From the NCBI RefSeq assembly GCF_009914755.1, contig NC_060928.1: a stretch of DNA of 64,000 nt, one strand, 5' to 3'. Below, one piece after another: positions 1-13,536 of the stretch. How positions within the stretch are numbered: the first letter of the stretch is position 1; the number at the start of each line of letters is the position of its first letter. A program made the translations under genes and the position numbers. The DNA comes from the human T2T-CHM13v2.0 reference genome, Homo sapiens. Under the pieces are notes generated by a model, which was not told where the DNA came from, did not search any database, and saw only the letters and a program-made list of their open reading frames with translations.

Positions 1-496
1 AGGTACAGAGGTTCAAATATGAAGTAGACCTGGGGGCATGGAGTGGGCAGGAGCTGGACTTTGGCAGTAGCTTGATACTTTAGCAATGCTGAGGTTAATT
101 GATGCTGTGAACGCATTTCAACATTAGTGTCTTTGTGACTGTCTAGGGTTCTCTTTGTTAATGGACTGATGTTTCCATGCATGCACTTTATCAAGGCTGC
201 TATGGTGGAAAGGGGTGGCATTTCCATGTTTATCAGGGTTTTTCCTTTGCATTCCCTTCATTCTCCCTCATAAAAGTCCTTGAGTGTGGCACTGTCCATT
301 TTATTGATGAGTAGAGACACTATGCTGTTTACTTTCCAAAATCAGACATTTTGAGAGTGTAAGGGGGGATGGTATTAATAGTCACGTCAGGATGTCAGGC
401 ATAATCTGAGAGTGTCCCCGGCAAACTACTGATGAGGGCACAAGGTAAAAACTCTTAGCTAAGGTCCCACAGCTAGTAAGGCAGAGGCAGAGGTGG

Positions 497-1054
497 AATG
501 ATGGTTAATATTGAGTGTCAACTTGATTGGATTGAAGGATGCAAAGTATTGTTCCTGGGTGTGTCCGTGAGGGTGTTGCCAAAGGAGATTAACATTTGAG
601 TCAGTGGACTGGGAGAGGCAGACCCACCCTCCATCTGGTTGGGCACCATCTAATCAGCTGCCAGTGCTGCTAGAATAAAGCAGGCAGGAGAAGATGGAAG
701 CACTGACTTGCTGAGTCTTCCAGCCTTCATCTTTCTCCTGGGCTGGATGCTTCCTGCCCTTGAACATCAGACTCCGAGCTCTTCAGCTTTTGGACTCTTG
801 GACTTACACCAGTGGTTTGCCAGGGACTCTCGGGTCTTTGGCCACTGACTGAAGGGTGCACTGTCGGCTTCCCTATTTTTGAGGTTTTGGACTTGAACTG
901 ATCCACCACTGGCTTCCTTGTGCCTCAACTTGCAAATGGTCTATCGTGGGACTTTACTTTGTGATCATGTGAGTCAATTCTCCTTAATAAACTTGTTTTC
1001 ATATATACATCTATCCTATTAGCTTTGTCCCTCTAAAGAACCCTGACTATTATA
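497..1054 (+). mobile_element. MLT2A-type (HERV-L) solo LTR, probably MLT2A2 by length, inserted into a MIR
   Basis: Starts tgatggttaatattgagtgtcaacttgattggattgaagg and ends gaaccctgactattata. 5-bp TSD GGTGG at 492-496 and 1055-1059; flanks rejoin to MIR sequence. Confidence 0.9.
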
Positions 1055-2859
1055 GGTGGGATTTGAAGCCAGGTCTATTGGGCTGTCCACGGGGTCCTCT
1101 CCGTCAAGGTGAACACCTTAAACAAACACATCTACCATGTGCTGACCACCTACAGTGTGGCCTTCCATGCAGAGCTATATTGACTGGTAAGACTCTTTCT
1201 AGGTAGGTGGTCTTATCTCCAATTTACAAATGAGGAAACTAAGGCCCAGAAAGATGGATTGCCTAAAGTCATTCACCTAATTTGTGGTAGAGATAGAAAT
1301 TGATAAATGGTTTTTCTCCTATACCAGCCATGAGGCCAAGTGAGGGAGCATAGAGACTGAAGCCCTTGTTCAGATTAAAACAGGAGATCCTGAGGGTGAC
1401 AGAACAGGTGAAGTGAGGTCTGCTTTAAGCACTCTGTGCACAAGTGACCTCATCAGCCTTTGCTACTGTTTCTGACTTCTCTTGGAAGTTTCTTCCAGTG
1501 AAAAGTGAGCTTATTTTTCTTTTCCAGGTGTCTTCCTCCAACTTGCACAGCCTGCAGCTCCTATTGCTGTCACATATATTAATGCTGATATCAAAGCCCC
1601 TGCTGGAAGTCAGGGAGCGCCTGCTCTCTTTGCAGAACCGGCAGCCCCAGGTGTGCTATCTTTCCCCAGTTGGCTGTGACAAGCGGCCTCTGCAAGGCCG
1701 AACCATTTCCAGATCCAAAAGCTGAATACCCCTTGGCTGCACTCAGCCCCCAGCTCCTGAGGGTGTGGAGAGCAAAAACCTTCCTGCTGAGCCCTGACAG
1801 CTGCTCAGTCTGGGCCCCTTTCCACAGCCTGGCTTCTTCCTGCCAGGAGAAATTCATCTTTTCACAGCAGAGGGAGTGAGAACAGCCCGCAGTTCCTGTT
1901 GGATGGCACCTGCTATCTCTCTGCCCCCTGGGTAGTACCAGGCGTTCTCTGTGGGAAATGCCCTTCCTCCTCCTTCTCCTCCCTCCCTGTCTGCCTGAAA
2001 AATGACTCAACTTTTTCAATTCACTGCACATCACTACCTCTTCCCTGCCTTCGAGGCTGTTGGGGTCTTCCTCTGTTCCCACAGCCCCTGCCCAGCCATC
2101 TGGCACAGCCTCCTGCACACAGAAGGACACTACTTGTCATCCTTATGGATTCATGAGTGGTGAAGCGACAGACCTGGCACAGATGAGGTACTTTGTGAGG
2201 GTGTTGAACGAAGATGGGGAGATGAATGGATGGGTGTGGGAACACATGAACAGGAGTATTTAGAAATGAATTAACGACTGACCCAGTAAACAAACGAACA
2301 GGTGAAGGAACAAGAACTGATGAGCTGAAACCCTGCCTTCCCCAGGACAGGACTGACTTTGAACTTGGCTTCAAGACTCATTCATTTCGTCCCTTTAGGA
2401 GTGACGTTGTCCCTTTCAGGGCCCCACCTTTCCCATCTAGGGCTGGACTTCAGGCCAGCCTGGCTCCCTTGTACACCTCAATTGATGGGCAACTCATTCC
2501 TTTTTGACAGAGAGTCCAGTTTTCTGATGGAGCCCAAATATGAGTATCGATTGTCTCCCAGGCCCCTGATCAGATATCACAACCCCGGGAAGTCCTCCCT
2601 GAAGCCTGAGGCTGGTGCATGCATCTTCGGAGCTGCGATCATGAATGCTGAATGACACACGGGGCCTTTGTACCAGCTGCTCCTCTGCCTGGATTGCTCA
2701 TGCGCAGATGTGTGCGTGGCTGCCTCCTTCTTGTCTCCTGATCTCTGCTCCATGATCAACTCTGTGGAGAGGCCTTCCCTGGCTACCCTAAGATAGCATT
2801 TTCTCCATCATTCTCCTCCTCATTTTGCATGACTTCTCTTCTGAGCACTTATTGCTACA

Positions 2860-3301
2860 CGTATTAGTCTGTTCTCCCATTGCTATAAAGAAATACCTGA
2901 GACTGGTAATTTATATTAAAAAAGAGGTTTAATTGGCTCACGGTTCCAACAGGTTGTACAGGAAGCATGATGCTGGCATCTACTCAGCTTCTGCGGAGGT
3001 CTCAGGAATCTTCCAATCACGGTGGAAGGCAAAGGAGAAGTGAGGTGTCTCACATGATGGCAGCAGGAACAAAATAGAGGGTGGGGAGGTACCACACACT
3101 TTTAAACGATGGGATCTCATCGTTTAAAATGATGATAGTGAGAACTCACTATCACAAGGACAGTACAGGGGGGATGGTGCTAAACCATTCATGAGAAATC
3201 CAACCCCATGATCCAATCACCTCCCACCATGCCCCACCTCCAACACTGGGGATTACAATTCAACATGAGATTTGGTGGGGACACAACTCCAAACCATATA
3301 A
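2860..3301 (-). mobile_element. MST-family (MSTA/B) MaLR solo LTR
   Basis: gtattagtctgttctc...tgctataaagaaatacctgagactgg...ccaaaccatat; near-TSD ctaca/ttaca. Confidence 0.88.
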
Positions 3302-3500
3302 TTACATTATATTTTCATGTGTTTACAATAAGCCTCCCTCAACAGAATGTCCATTCCTTGAGGGCAGGGATTTTGTTTGTTTGTTTTGCTCCATGCACTG
3401 CTCCAATTTCTACATTATCTGCCATATAGGGGCTCCTCTTGGCATATGGGGCCTCTATACCAATAGTTTCTGGTATAGGGGCTCAATAAATATGGATAAG

Positions 3501-3533
3501 TGAATGAATGAATGAATGAATGAATGAATGAAT
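3501..3533 (+). repeat. (GAAT)n tract, L2 3' tail-like
   Basis: 8 GAAT units after gctcaataaata. Confidence 0.8.
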
Positions 3534-3811
3534 CTGGCTGTGTCCTCATCCGGAGAGTCTTATTCATCTTTGCATCCCCTGGGTCTAGTATGGAACCAAG
3601 TATGTCGTAGGTGCTTAAAAACTACTTGCTGAATTAATGATTAAAGTACAGACACATCTTTCACATTTTGATCAAATCCTTCCTCTGCTTCAAATCTCCA
3701 ATGGCTTCCCATGGTATTGAAAGTAAAATTCCTGATTCCTTACCACGGAGTTATGAGATCTTCTATCCTCCGGCCCCTACTATCCTTCCAACTTCATCTC
3801 TTTCCTTTGCT

Positions 3812-4369
3812 AATATGGAACATCATAATATTCCACCCCAAAACACGAAGAACTGTTGAGCTGAAGGCATTTAAAAAGAAGTAGATGCAGGAAGGCTCTC
3901 TGCCTTCCCTCTATTTGCCTAAAAGCAGGACATAGATTTACAAAGACAAGAGATATTCTGCTCCCACCCTCTTCTGCCAGGGAGAACAAAGGGTAACCAG
4001 TGAAGACAACTTTGGATGCTTATAGGTCTGGAGCTTACACCAGAGGAACCTACATGAACCAGTTTCCCTAACCCACCTCGATCTGCTATTTATTTGTTTT
4101 CCCCCAAGTTGCTGTCACTAGAGACTCAACGTTCTTTTCCTTTGTCTTGTTGCTTCTTTCAACATTTACTGTTCTTTCTCGAAGCTGGAATTTAAAGCCA
4201 CTTCTTTGAGCACTACTCATTCCCTGGGTGTCTCCCATGTATGTGTGAAATATACATGTTAATAAACTTCTGTATTTTTTTTCTTGTGTTAGTCTGTCTT
4301 TTGTTACAGGGGTCTGTTTCAACTAAGGACCTATGAGGGTTGAAGAAAATATGTTTTTTATCCCCTATG
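3812..4369 (+). mobile_element. MER34/MER39-family ERV1 LTR
   Basis: ccaccccaaaa...tgttgagctgaaggca...gcagga...tgttaataaacttctg...cccct resembles recalled MER34 consensus; ends approximate. Confidence 0.7.
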
Positions 4370-4947
4370 CTAACAACACTGCAGCCTTTCCTGAGCCTTC
4401 CAAGTGAGTTCCTGCCTCAGGACCTTTGCACATTCTTCCCCTACATCCTCACAGGGTGGCTTCCTTCTCAGACCCAAGTCCTGCCTGCAGCGCTAGCTTC
4501 TCACGGAGGCCCTTCCTGTCCATATCACAAAAGCAGTCCTCTCCTCCCATCACCCTAGCCCCTTACCCTGTTTATTCCTTCCTAGCACTGGTCAGTAATC
4601 CTCAATATTTATTAGCTTACCAGTAATGGCTCTATAAATATACATTTGTAGTGGCCTGTGTCATTCGCTGGGGTATCTCCTGTGCCTGGATCAACATAAG
4701 AAGTGCTTGATTAATACTTTTAATTAACAAATGCTCTTGCCTATCAACCTTGCTTTTCCAGCTCCTTTCTATTGCATTGGACAATAAAGCACAATGAATG
4801 TGCCCCGCCCAGGGAGGCCAACTGTTATCAGTGTACATGTCTTCTTGATTGGATTATGAGCTTGACGGGGACCGAGAAATGTCTCTGACTCTACTTCTGT
4901 GTCATCAGTACAGAGTGTAGTACCTGATACATAGTATGTGTTCAAAA

Positions 4948-5230
4948 ATTTTTTTTGTTTTGAGACAGGGCCTTACTCTGTCACCCGGGCTGGAGTGCAG
5001 TGGCATGAACATGGCTCACTCTAACCTCGATCTCCTGGGCTCAAGCCATCCTCCCACCTCAGCCTCCCAAGTAGCTGGGACTACAGGCATGTGCCACCAT
5101 GCCTGGCTAATTTTTAAATTTTTTGTAGAGATGAGGTCTTGCTACATTGCCTAGGTTGGTCTTGAACTCATGAGCTCAAGAAATCCTTCTGCTTCAGCCT
5201 CCCAAAGTATCGGAGCCACTGTGCCCAGCT
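4948..5230 (-). mobile_element. AluJ-like SINE
   Basis: T-tail, gagacagggcct...ggctggagtgcagtggc...cctcccaaagt; old diagnostic bases. Confidence 0.92.
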
Positions 5231-5568
5231 AAAATCTTTTGTTGAATGAATTAATTTGGGGCATGACTGAGAATATATAAAAGGGGAAAAATGACTGTGA
5301 ATGATCAGCATATATTTCAGAAAATCCTGCATTAAAGCACATGCATTAGTTTCCTCATTAAGACAGCCTCCCCATAGGCCCTCTTAAGGCATAATTCTGA
5401 CAAGCTTGATTTTATATTTTAATCTATATTTTGTTTCAATAAAGAAGTTGGGCATGCAAAGGGAAGCACCTAAGGGGTGAGAGAATGCATGTCCGCTGAC
5501 CACTCTTTTGCTCGCTAGACCTGATGAATGAGACTTCACAGTGGGGTGAGAATTTCCATCAGAGGCTA

Positions 5569-6004
5569 TGTGGGAACAAGAGTGACTTTACTTTAAATGC
5601 TAATCCACCATGTAACTTCTGACTAACCCCACGTCCAGGAATGCCTCCAAGAAGTCGAGTTGATGTATTGCTCTTTATGTAGAAACATCTATTCACTGTA
5701 AGTTTCCTCCAAAACAACTCTTGATGCTGTTGCAGAAATCAAAGACTGTGATGCCTGCAGCCACCTACACATTCCTCCCAGAGTGCATACACTTTTTCCC
5801 CAGATCTAGGCCCTGGGACTGGGGGGTTGCCATACAGAGATCTACCTGTCTTGTGGCTTCCCAAGACCATGCTTCAGTCTGCAAGTTCCCCTAACAAATC
5901 ACCCTATACCATCAGACTGGACTTGTCTGCCCCTTTCTTTGGTTTCTTGGCTTCTTCTTTGCCATTTGGGGATTGCTTTGTGTACACAGCCATTTCAAGA
6001 AACA
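5569..6004 (+). mobile_element. ERVL-class solo LTR (MER54/MER74/MER88 group)
   Basis: TG...CA termini with 5-bp near-TSD GGCTA/GGCTG; subfamily uncertain. Confidence 0.65.
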
Positions 6005-6928
6005 GGCTGCCACTGTCTTAGAAAAACAACCCCTGGCACATCCAGTGTGATGCCCTCTCAGAACCAGTTTTCTTCTGGAAGGCTGGTTTGATTTAGCCAA
6101 GACACTCATGTCCCCAAAGCTTCTTGACAGCAGAAGTGACCTCCTGCAAGTGCCCAGAGCTGTAGAGCTGGAGGGGAGCTGCCCCAAACAGCCTTCTGCT
6201 CTCCAAGGGCGATTCCATCAGGGTTAGTTTCCCTAAGACAGAAGGCAGAACCACAGCTTAGGGAAATTCTTATCATAGTCGCCATTTCTTGAGTGCTTTC
6301 TATGAGTTGGAACTTTATTGTCCACCTTTCAGAGATTTGTTTTAAACTCAGACCCTGCAAACTGTGCATCATCTTCATACTATAGATGGGACCTGGCTTA
6401 AGGTCACACAGCTGTTAAGCAGGGTCCCAGCTCTCCAAACCCAAGCCTGGAAGAGTACAAATTCTGCAGCTTCTCTACAAGCTATCCATCTGGGAAGCAT
6501 AAAAGAGAGAAAATGCCATTTCATATTTCCATTTTCTTCCTGTCCTTGTATACTTAGAGCATAAAGGATGCTGTGGTAGACAGAATATAACCCCAAACCC
6601 TGTGCCTGTGTTGTCTCGCATGGCAAAAGGGGTTTTGCAGATGTGGTTAAGTCGAGGATCTTCAGATAGGGAGATTATCCTTGATTATTCTGGTGCCTTG
6701 GGCATGGTGCCTTGGCCAGGTCTTGGCTGGAAGCCAGGAGAAAGGTTGGAGTACCACCTGCTTCCACCTCTTCTGAGCTGTGAGCATGAACACTTGAGTA
6801 CCCCACTTTTTGACTCACAACCCACAAGGTTTGAGACCAACTTGCCCCAAATCACACATTAAGAAGGAGGTGGAGCCAGACTGGTCTGAGTCCCAAGCCT
6901 ATGCTTCTTCCAAAACACCAGGTTAGAA

Positions 6929-7143
6929 CAGCGGTTCATAGCCAGGAGTGATTTTGCCCCCAGGGAACATTTGGCAATGTCTGGAGACATTTTTGGCTAT
7001 TACAGCTAAAGGTAGGTGCACCTATCAGCTAATGTGCAGAAGCCAAGAATGCTGCTCAACATCAGACCATGCGCGGGAGAGCCCCCAACAACAAAATACT
7101 TTCCAGTTCCAAATGCCAGAAGTGCTGAAGTCGAGAGACCCTG
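6929..7143. mobile_element. MER20 hAT-Charlie DNA transposon
   Basis: cagcggttc...gattttgccccccagggaacatttggcaatgtctggagacattttt...gagaccctg. Confidence 0.85.
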
Positions 7144-8004
7144 TCATAGATTTTTCTCTAGTAAGTCATGTAATGGCATCATTAAACTATCACGTGCTCA
7201 TCCTTTTGGTGGGTTTGTGAACAAAACAAATTTGTATGAGACCATTTATCATTTCTTTCTAGAACTCTGAATTTATAATTTATATTGTTACAGAGTACAT
7301 TTAAATCTGCCTTAATAAAGGCAAGGAGGCAAAGAAGGAAATTCAAACTCACTAAGCACCTTCTGTGTACCAGGCACCATACATATCGCTTAGCAGTCTT
7401 TATATAGTTCTTCTTGCATAATAGCTCTCAAGGTGGAGGCTTAGGGAGGGTGGTGACTTTCCAAAGACATCACACATGGCTGGAGGTGTAGCCTGTGTCT
7501 GACCCAAGCTCATGTCTTTCTCTCGATGCCACATGGCAGGGCTGGGTTTCCCACCCTTTCCAGGACATAAAGGAAGGGAGTGGGCAGGAGCTGGTTTTGT
7601 TAGACGGTCTTTGAAGATTTGCCACAATTGGATTGATGAGACAGCCCAAGGTCCCTGCAGGAACACTGGTTTGCAGGAATCTGGCCCCGGGGCCCATGAT
7701 TTGCCATTTTGGCAAACAGAGCATTTCAAAGCATATGGCTCCCAGACGCAAGGATGTGATACAGAGAAGTGAGGCACAGCCGAGCACTTCACCCAGGACC
7801 CCTCTGCCTCCAGGTAGTGGTTTCATTCCTCAAGCCATTCAGGAGGGCAAGGAGGGACTTGTGGCATGGGGGAAAGGGCCCCAGTCCTTGCTTTGATACT
7901 GACTGCAATATGCAGGGCCCGTTACTTATTCCCCAGCTTTCTCATCTGTAAAATGGGTGCACTGATCCAACAGAATGGATATGAACATGGATGCTAATTA
8001 CTAT

Positions 8005-8054
8005 TGTATTATTATTATACCATTATTATTATTAATATTATTATTATTATTATT
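8005..8054. repeat. (ATT)n imperfect microsatellite
   Basis: Direct read. Confidence 0.85.
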
Positions 8055-9287
8055 GAAAGATCTGGCTCAGGGCAGCTCCCCTCTGTTGAGAACACTCTGG
8101 GCACACCTCCTCCAATATGTTAATCCACACAACAGCCCATGTGATCATTTGAAATAGAATTGAGATGAAGTCTGTCCTCTGATGCAAACCCGCCAAGCGT
8201 TTCCCATTGCATTTGAAATCCAGCTGCTGAACTGACCAAGCTCTGTGGCCATGGAGTTTGCTTCCTTCCTGCTCTCTTAGTTTTCCTTCACTTTGACCCT
8301 GTTGATTCCATTCCAGTCACACGTGCCTCCTTGTTCTTTCTACAACTGCCCAGTATTCACGCTCATGTCAGTGACAACCCGAGAACTGGGGAAGGAAGAT
8401 GGGGCTGAGACCTGGGATCCCAGGCAAAATGGCACATCCATGGATACGGGGACGATGCTGCCATTACTCCTCCTAAGGCAGGAGCTGTGAGGAAAGCAGT
8501 GGCAGCCAGCACCTTGGACGTACTCCCCATCCATGCGTGTGAGCTGCATCTAACTCGCTTCATGTATGTTGTCTCCTCACAGCACCTAGGACCCATTTTA
8601 CATGTGGGTAAACTGATGCATGAGGGTGGGAACAGGCCAGCACCACTCTACTGGTTGCATGGAGAATTCCAACCATGGTGGGTGGACTCTGAGCTCACAG
8701 TCCTCCCCACTTCATGTTGGCTGTCTGGGAAAATCATCTTTTGTTCTTTACACATCCACTTTTGGAGCCTAGAATCTCCTGAATGCTGGTCACACTGCTC
8801 CCAATATGGGGAGACGAACAGTAGTCCTTCAAGAACTTTTTGTCAGCGTGAATCTTGCCTTTCCTCAGTTTAACAGAAAAACAATGGGCAGCGTGTGAAT
8901 GCAATGGGCACTTTTCCATCCTAGCAGTTTATTTTTGACACCTCACAGAAGTGAATCATTGTCATGTAACTACATCTCATTTGCAAAAGTACAAATTGAA
9001 ACAGAGTTAATGCCAATTCCCTCAGCTTCCATAAGAGCTTGGTAATTAAAGCTGCTAAAGAAGAAAGAAAGTAGACGCAGTGTTTCCTTCAAGGCCTGGT
9101 TCCGCTCCCCAACCCAGCCTGCACTCTCTGCAGCCATGTGGGTTTCTCATGTCAGCTGAGGCGGCTGGAGTAGAATGTCTCCCTTTCTTTCTCAACTAAC
9201 TCTTGAGTTTCTTGTGAAAGGAGATAATGCAGGTAAAGTACTTAATTCCATGCTTGGCCCATAATAAGTACTCAATAAATAGTATTG

Positions 9288-9328
9288 GTGATAATGATGA
9301 TAATGATGAAGAAGATGATGATGATTAT
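9288..9328. repeat. (GAT)n imperfect microsatellite at a MIR end
   Basis: Direct read; produces the DNDDNDEEDDDD run in a spurious ORF. Confidence 0.8.
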
Positions 9329-11630
9329 TTTGACATTAGGAATGGAAGAGAAAGCGGAGAAGCAGGGAAGATTTCTGTAGAGATAGACGGGCGGCTATTG
9401 CTAAGCCATAAGCCCCTTTCCCTCGCCCCATCATGGGGAGTACAGGGGAGCCTCACTCAACCCAAGCCTGGGAAGAGGGACTCACACTACCCCCTGAGAG
9501 CTGGGGACACCGTGGATGGAGGTCTGACTGCCTGACTGCCTGGGAGAGAGATGGGCTAATGATCAACTGCTTAAAACGATGTAGGGGTTGAAATAATATT
9601 CCTGAGATCTAATGGACTGCCCCCCTATGCAGGGGACTAAACATTAAGCCTCTGCATGCTGATCCCATTCTGTGAACTGGTGGGAGTGAATTCACACATG
9701 CAACTCACATGCGTGCCCCCCCCACCCGAGGCCCTGGAATGCACTGCCCAGACACACTCAATTACAGGCCTCTGAGAACGTGCCTTGCACAGTCACACCT
9801 CGGCAATTCTGCCCATGCTGACTTCTCCACCAGGCGTGTCTTTAGCCTCTGTCAGCCTTGGAGCTGAAAGATCCCCAAGTGGTGGATTTGCGCCTGACCC
9901 GGGATAGTCCCATGCCCTCCTCTGTTGTCCTCCAAGCCCTCTGCTATGTTCCTGCTGGAGAAAGCGGTCTGTTCTGGTGGGCATTAGTCAAGTTCCATCT
10001 GTCTCCCTTACCAGAGCGCCACTCATCTCTGATGGGGCCATGCCCAGAGGAGGGGCTCAGGAGTGTTCTGACCTCAGAGTCGCCTGGCAGTGCAGCCTGG
10101 TGCCTTCACTAGTCCACTGTGGCAGGGCAGGCAGCTGTTCCCATAAACTCCCTTGGGCAGGTGGCCCATCATGTAATTAGAAGCCAGGTGACCTGATAAT
10201 AATCAACTCCTGCCTGGCTGGAAAGCCCTTGACTTTAAAGCATCCAGCTAACCAGGGCTTCTTCCCCAGAATTGTTTACTACCCTGAAGGGGAAATGTTA
10301 TCCACCCATTTATTTCAATTGGGTACCTGCACCTTCATAAAATGGCATAAACTAAACAAGAAAGTCCCTAGAGTCCTCTGCACCCCAGTTGTCACCTGTT
10401 GAGGAGCTCATATATAGGGGATATGAGAAGTGAATTGTCTGTGGAGCTGACAGCCAGCTTGAAGCTCTCCCTCTGTCACCCCAGGAACCCCCATACCTGT
10501 GGGATTAACTGAGCGCTTCATAAGCCCAGAGCAGAACTTCTCCCCTCAGCAATTTTGTGACGAATGCTGAAGATTTTGGAACATAATGTTTATTTTTTTT
10601 CAAGTTTGAACATTGAGATAACTAAGTCAGTTCATGTTTGCATTACATTTTGAGCAGTGGTGAGGTTCCCAGGGGGAGAACAGCTCTGTGTCTGCAGGAA
10701 CACCCCCCAAAGGCATGGGTTCTGATTCCCTCTAGGGTCAAAGTTGCTGACATATAAAGGGGAATGTTTTCCTTCCTCCAAGAGGTTATTCCCTGCTCAG
10801 CCAGGCTCCCTGATGTTTTTATTTTAGTGTTTATTTAACCCACAAGTGAAGACAATGAAAATGGTCAACTAAATTCTATGTATTGACAGAGCCTATTGGC
10901 AATAATGATCTCATTTGACTCTCACACTAATCCGTAAGACAGAGACAGTATAAGTCGGGATCTGGACTTTTCCACAGAGAAAACGGAGGCTGAGAAGTGG
11001 ATGGAACGGGGGAGTGGTCTCCAGCCTCAGGTCTCAGCATCAACCTCCGTCTCCACCCAGCTTCTAGAATCAATTCTCACATGCAAACCTGGTCAGTCCA
11101 TGCCTCCTGCTTAAAACCCAACAGTAGCTTCCCACTGGCTTCAGGGCAGTTCTACACATTAAGGCCTTCTGTGTTCTAATTTCTGTCTACCTTTGCACTT
11201 TCACCAGCTGCTGGTTCCCAATTCCAGGCACAGTGTCAGTCTCCTGCCTCTGGCCCTGGGCTCCTGTGCTCCTCCTTCCTCTTACAATGCCCCCTCCTCA
11301 CATTTGCCCAGTGAACTCCTCCCTGCTCACCTTGCTAGACCACGGCCAACCATTTCCTGCTCTGGGACTCTTATCTGACACACCAGGCAGATGGGATGGC
11401 TTGGCAATATGTCAATTATTACTCTTATTTGATTTTACGCCAATCTTTCTCCCAAGGGTCTGGTGGCTGTCCTCTGCTCATCTCTGTAGCTTAGACCTAG
11501 CACAGTGACTGGCAGACAGTAAGTAGGTGTCCAATAGACTAGGATCTAACTTGAATGAACTGTTTTTGGTAGAGGAGGCCAAAGTGTTTATCAAAGCATA
11601 TGAGAAAACAGATGCTTATCTCTAGTCCAG

Positions 11631-12054
11631 TGCAGTGGGCTGAGTGGTGGCCCCACAAATATACATCCATGTCCTCATCCTGGAGTGTGCAAATATTACT
11701 CAAATGGCAAACATATGATTAGGTTAAGGATGTTGAGAGGAGGACCTGGGTCCTAAATGCAATCACACATGTCCTTGTAAGAGTGTGGAAGATGGAGTTT
11801 TGGGATGCACACATAGGGGAAGGCCTGTGAAGGTGGAGGCAGAGACTGTGTAGTGATGTGGCCACAAGCCAAGGAGCACTGGCAGCTGCCAGAGGCCAGG
11901 AGAGGCGTGTGGAAGGGACTCCCCTCAGAGCCTCTGCAGGGGCACTGCATCCCTACTGAAGCCTCGATCTCTGCCTTCTGGCCTCAGAACTGTGGGAGAA
12001 CACATTGCTGTCATTTGTGGAACTTTGTCACAGCAGCCACAGGAAATGGATACA
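11631..12054 (+). mobile_element. MLT1-family MaLR LTR
   Basis: tgcagtgggctgagtggtggcccc...gccacaagccaagga...ttctggcctcagaactgtg...ggataca. Confidence 0.85.
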
Positions 12055-12717
12055 GCCCAACAGAGGACTGTGTTCTCACCATCTCAGCAGCTGCAAGGAA
12101 TAATTAAGTGACAAATTCCTCAGCTGGATTCCCAGGGATTGCCCAAGTGACAGTGAAGAGGAAGACAGCTGCTGACAGAAACCACGAGAAAGACCTATGA
12201 GCCTGACAGGTGTCACTGATTTCAAGGACTGCAGAGCCAGTTTTGAGGTTTTCTACATTTCTGTTGAAAACCCCAGCATACGCACCAAAACTTTGAAGGG
12301 CTCAAAATCTTTCTCAGAGCAGCATTTGCTTGGACTGCTTCTGAGGGGAGAGGTTTTCTGGAGGGTTTTGGCAAAAAATCATAAGGAACACTGCCACGTT
12401 TTCGCATTCAAGTTTCAGGCGATAAGCTCACTAATTAACTCTGCCATAGGCTGCGGGAAAGTGATAAGTACTAAAACCGAACATGTGAAAATGCAAGGGA
12501 GAACGGCTGGAAAAAGGAGACTTTGGAGTTGGGCAGGCATGCGTTCAAATCCTGGCTGGGCCACCTAAACTATGTGCCATGAGATGTGGCCCAAGCAGGG
12601 CTCCCTGGAGCTGTGGTGTCCTCATGGGGAGAGGAGGGTCTCCTTGCGGAGACTTTGTAAGGATTAGGGTGAGTGTGGCCAAGTATCTAGCGCTGACCAA
12701 GTGCTTAACTTAGGAAG

Positions 12718-12878
12718 ATTTTTTTGGGGGGTGTGTGGGGTCTTGCTGTGTCACCCCAGTTGCAGTACATTGGTGTAATCTTAGCTCATTGCAACCTTCA
12801 ACTCCTGGACTCAAGAGATCTTCCTATCTTGGCCTCCCAAAGCATTAGGATTATAAGTGCAAGCCACTGTGCCTGGCT
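12718..12878 (-). mobile_element. FLAM/FRAM-like Alu monomer
   Basis: Single-arm Alu: gtcttgctgtgtcacc...aactcctggactcaag...gccactgtgcctggc. Confidence 0.8.
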
Positions 12879-13085
12879 TGGAAGATAATATTATTAATTT
12901 TAAAAGTTCCCTGGTCTTCTTGAAAAAGCAGAAAGTGCACCATAACCTTGGCAGGCAGCTTGCCCACTCACCATTGTTTGGCATTAAGAGTCAGATGGTG
13001 GAAATCACTCATTTCCAAAGCCCTGGTACCCTGCATCTACAGCTATGTAGAGGATTAGGAAATACTTTCCTGCCAACTTAGTGGC

Positions 13086-13536
13086 TATATTCGTTTTCTA
13101 GGGCTTCTGTCACAAATCACCACAAACATGGGGTCTTAGGAGAACAGAAATTTATTCTGTCATTGTTCTAGAGGCAGAAGTCTAAAATCAAGGTGTTGGC
13201 AGAGTTGGTTCTCTCTGCAGACTCTGAGGGAGAAACCATCCACGCCTCTCTCCTGGCTTCTGGTGCTGCTGGCAATCCTTGGTGTTCCTTTGATTCTAGA
13301 TGCATCGCTCGCTCTAATCTCTGCCTCCACCTTCATATGCCCTTCTCTTCCCTGTGTCCTCTCCTTGTCTTATACGGACACCAGACATTGAATTTAGGGG
13401 CCACCCTAAATCCAGGATGGCTTCATCTTGCGATCCTTAACTGAGTAATCTGCAATGACCTTATTTCTAACCAAGGTCACATTCTGAGGTTCTGAGAGAA
13501 CAAGAATCTTTGGGGGATACTACTCAACCCATTACA
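13086..13536 (-). mobile_element. MLT1-family MaLR LTR
   Basis: tatattcgttttctagggct...aaatttattct...aatcaaggtgttggcag...caacccattaca; near-TSD gtggc/gtagc. Confidence 0.85.

Noticed and set aside
55-63. HNF4-type CAAAGTCCA (minus strand) and scattered HNF1-like palindromes (34594, 57668)
   Set aside because: Isolated short matches are expected by chance in 64 kb; no chromatin data to support them.
1591-2130. 179-aa minus-strand ORF, and other long ORFs such as 19039-19554, 21028-21504, 38741-39199, 59470-59937
   Set aside because: No recognisable homology; composition typical of random or repeat-derived frames; often non-ATG starts.
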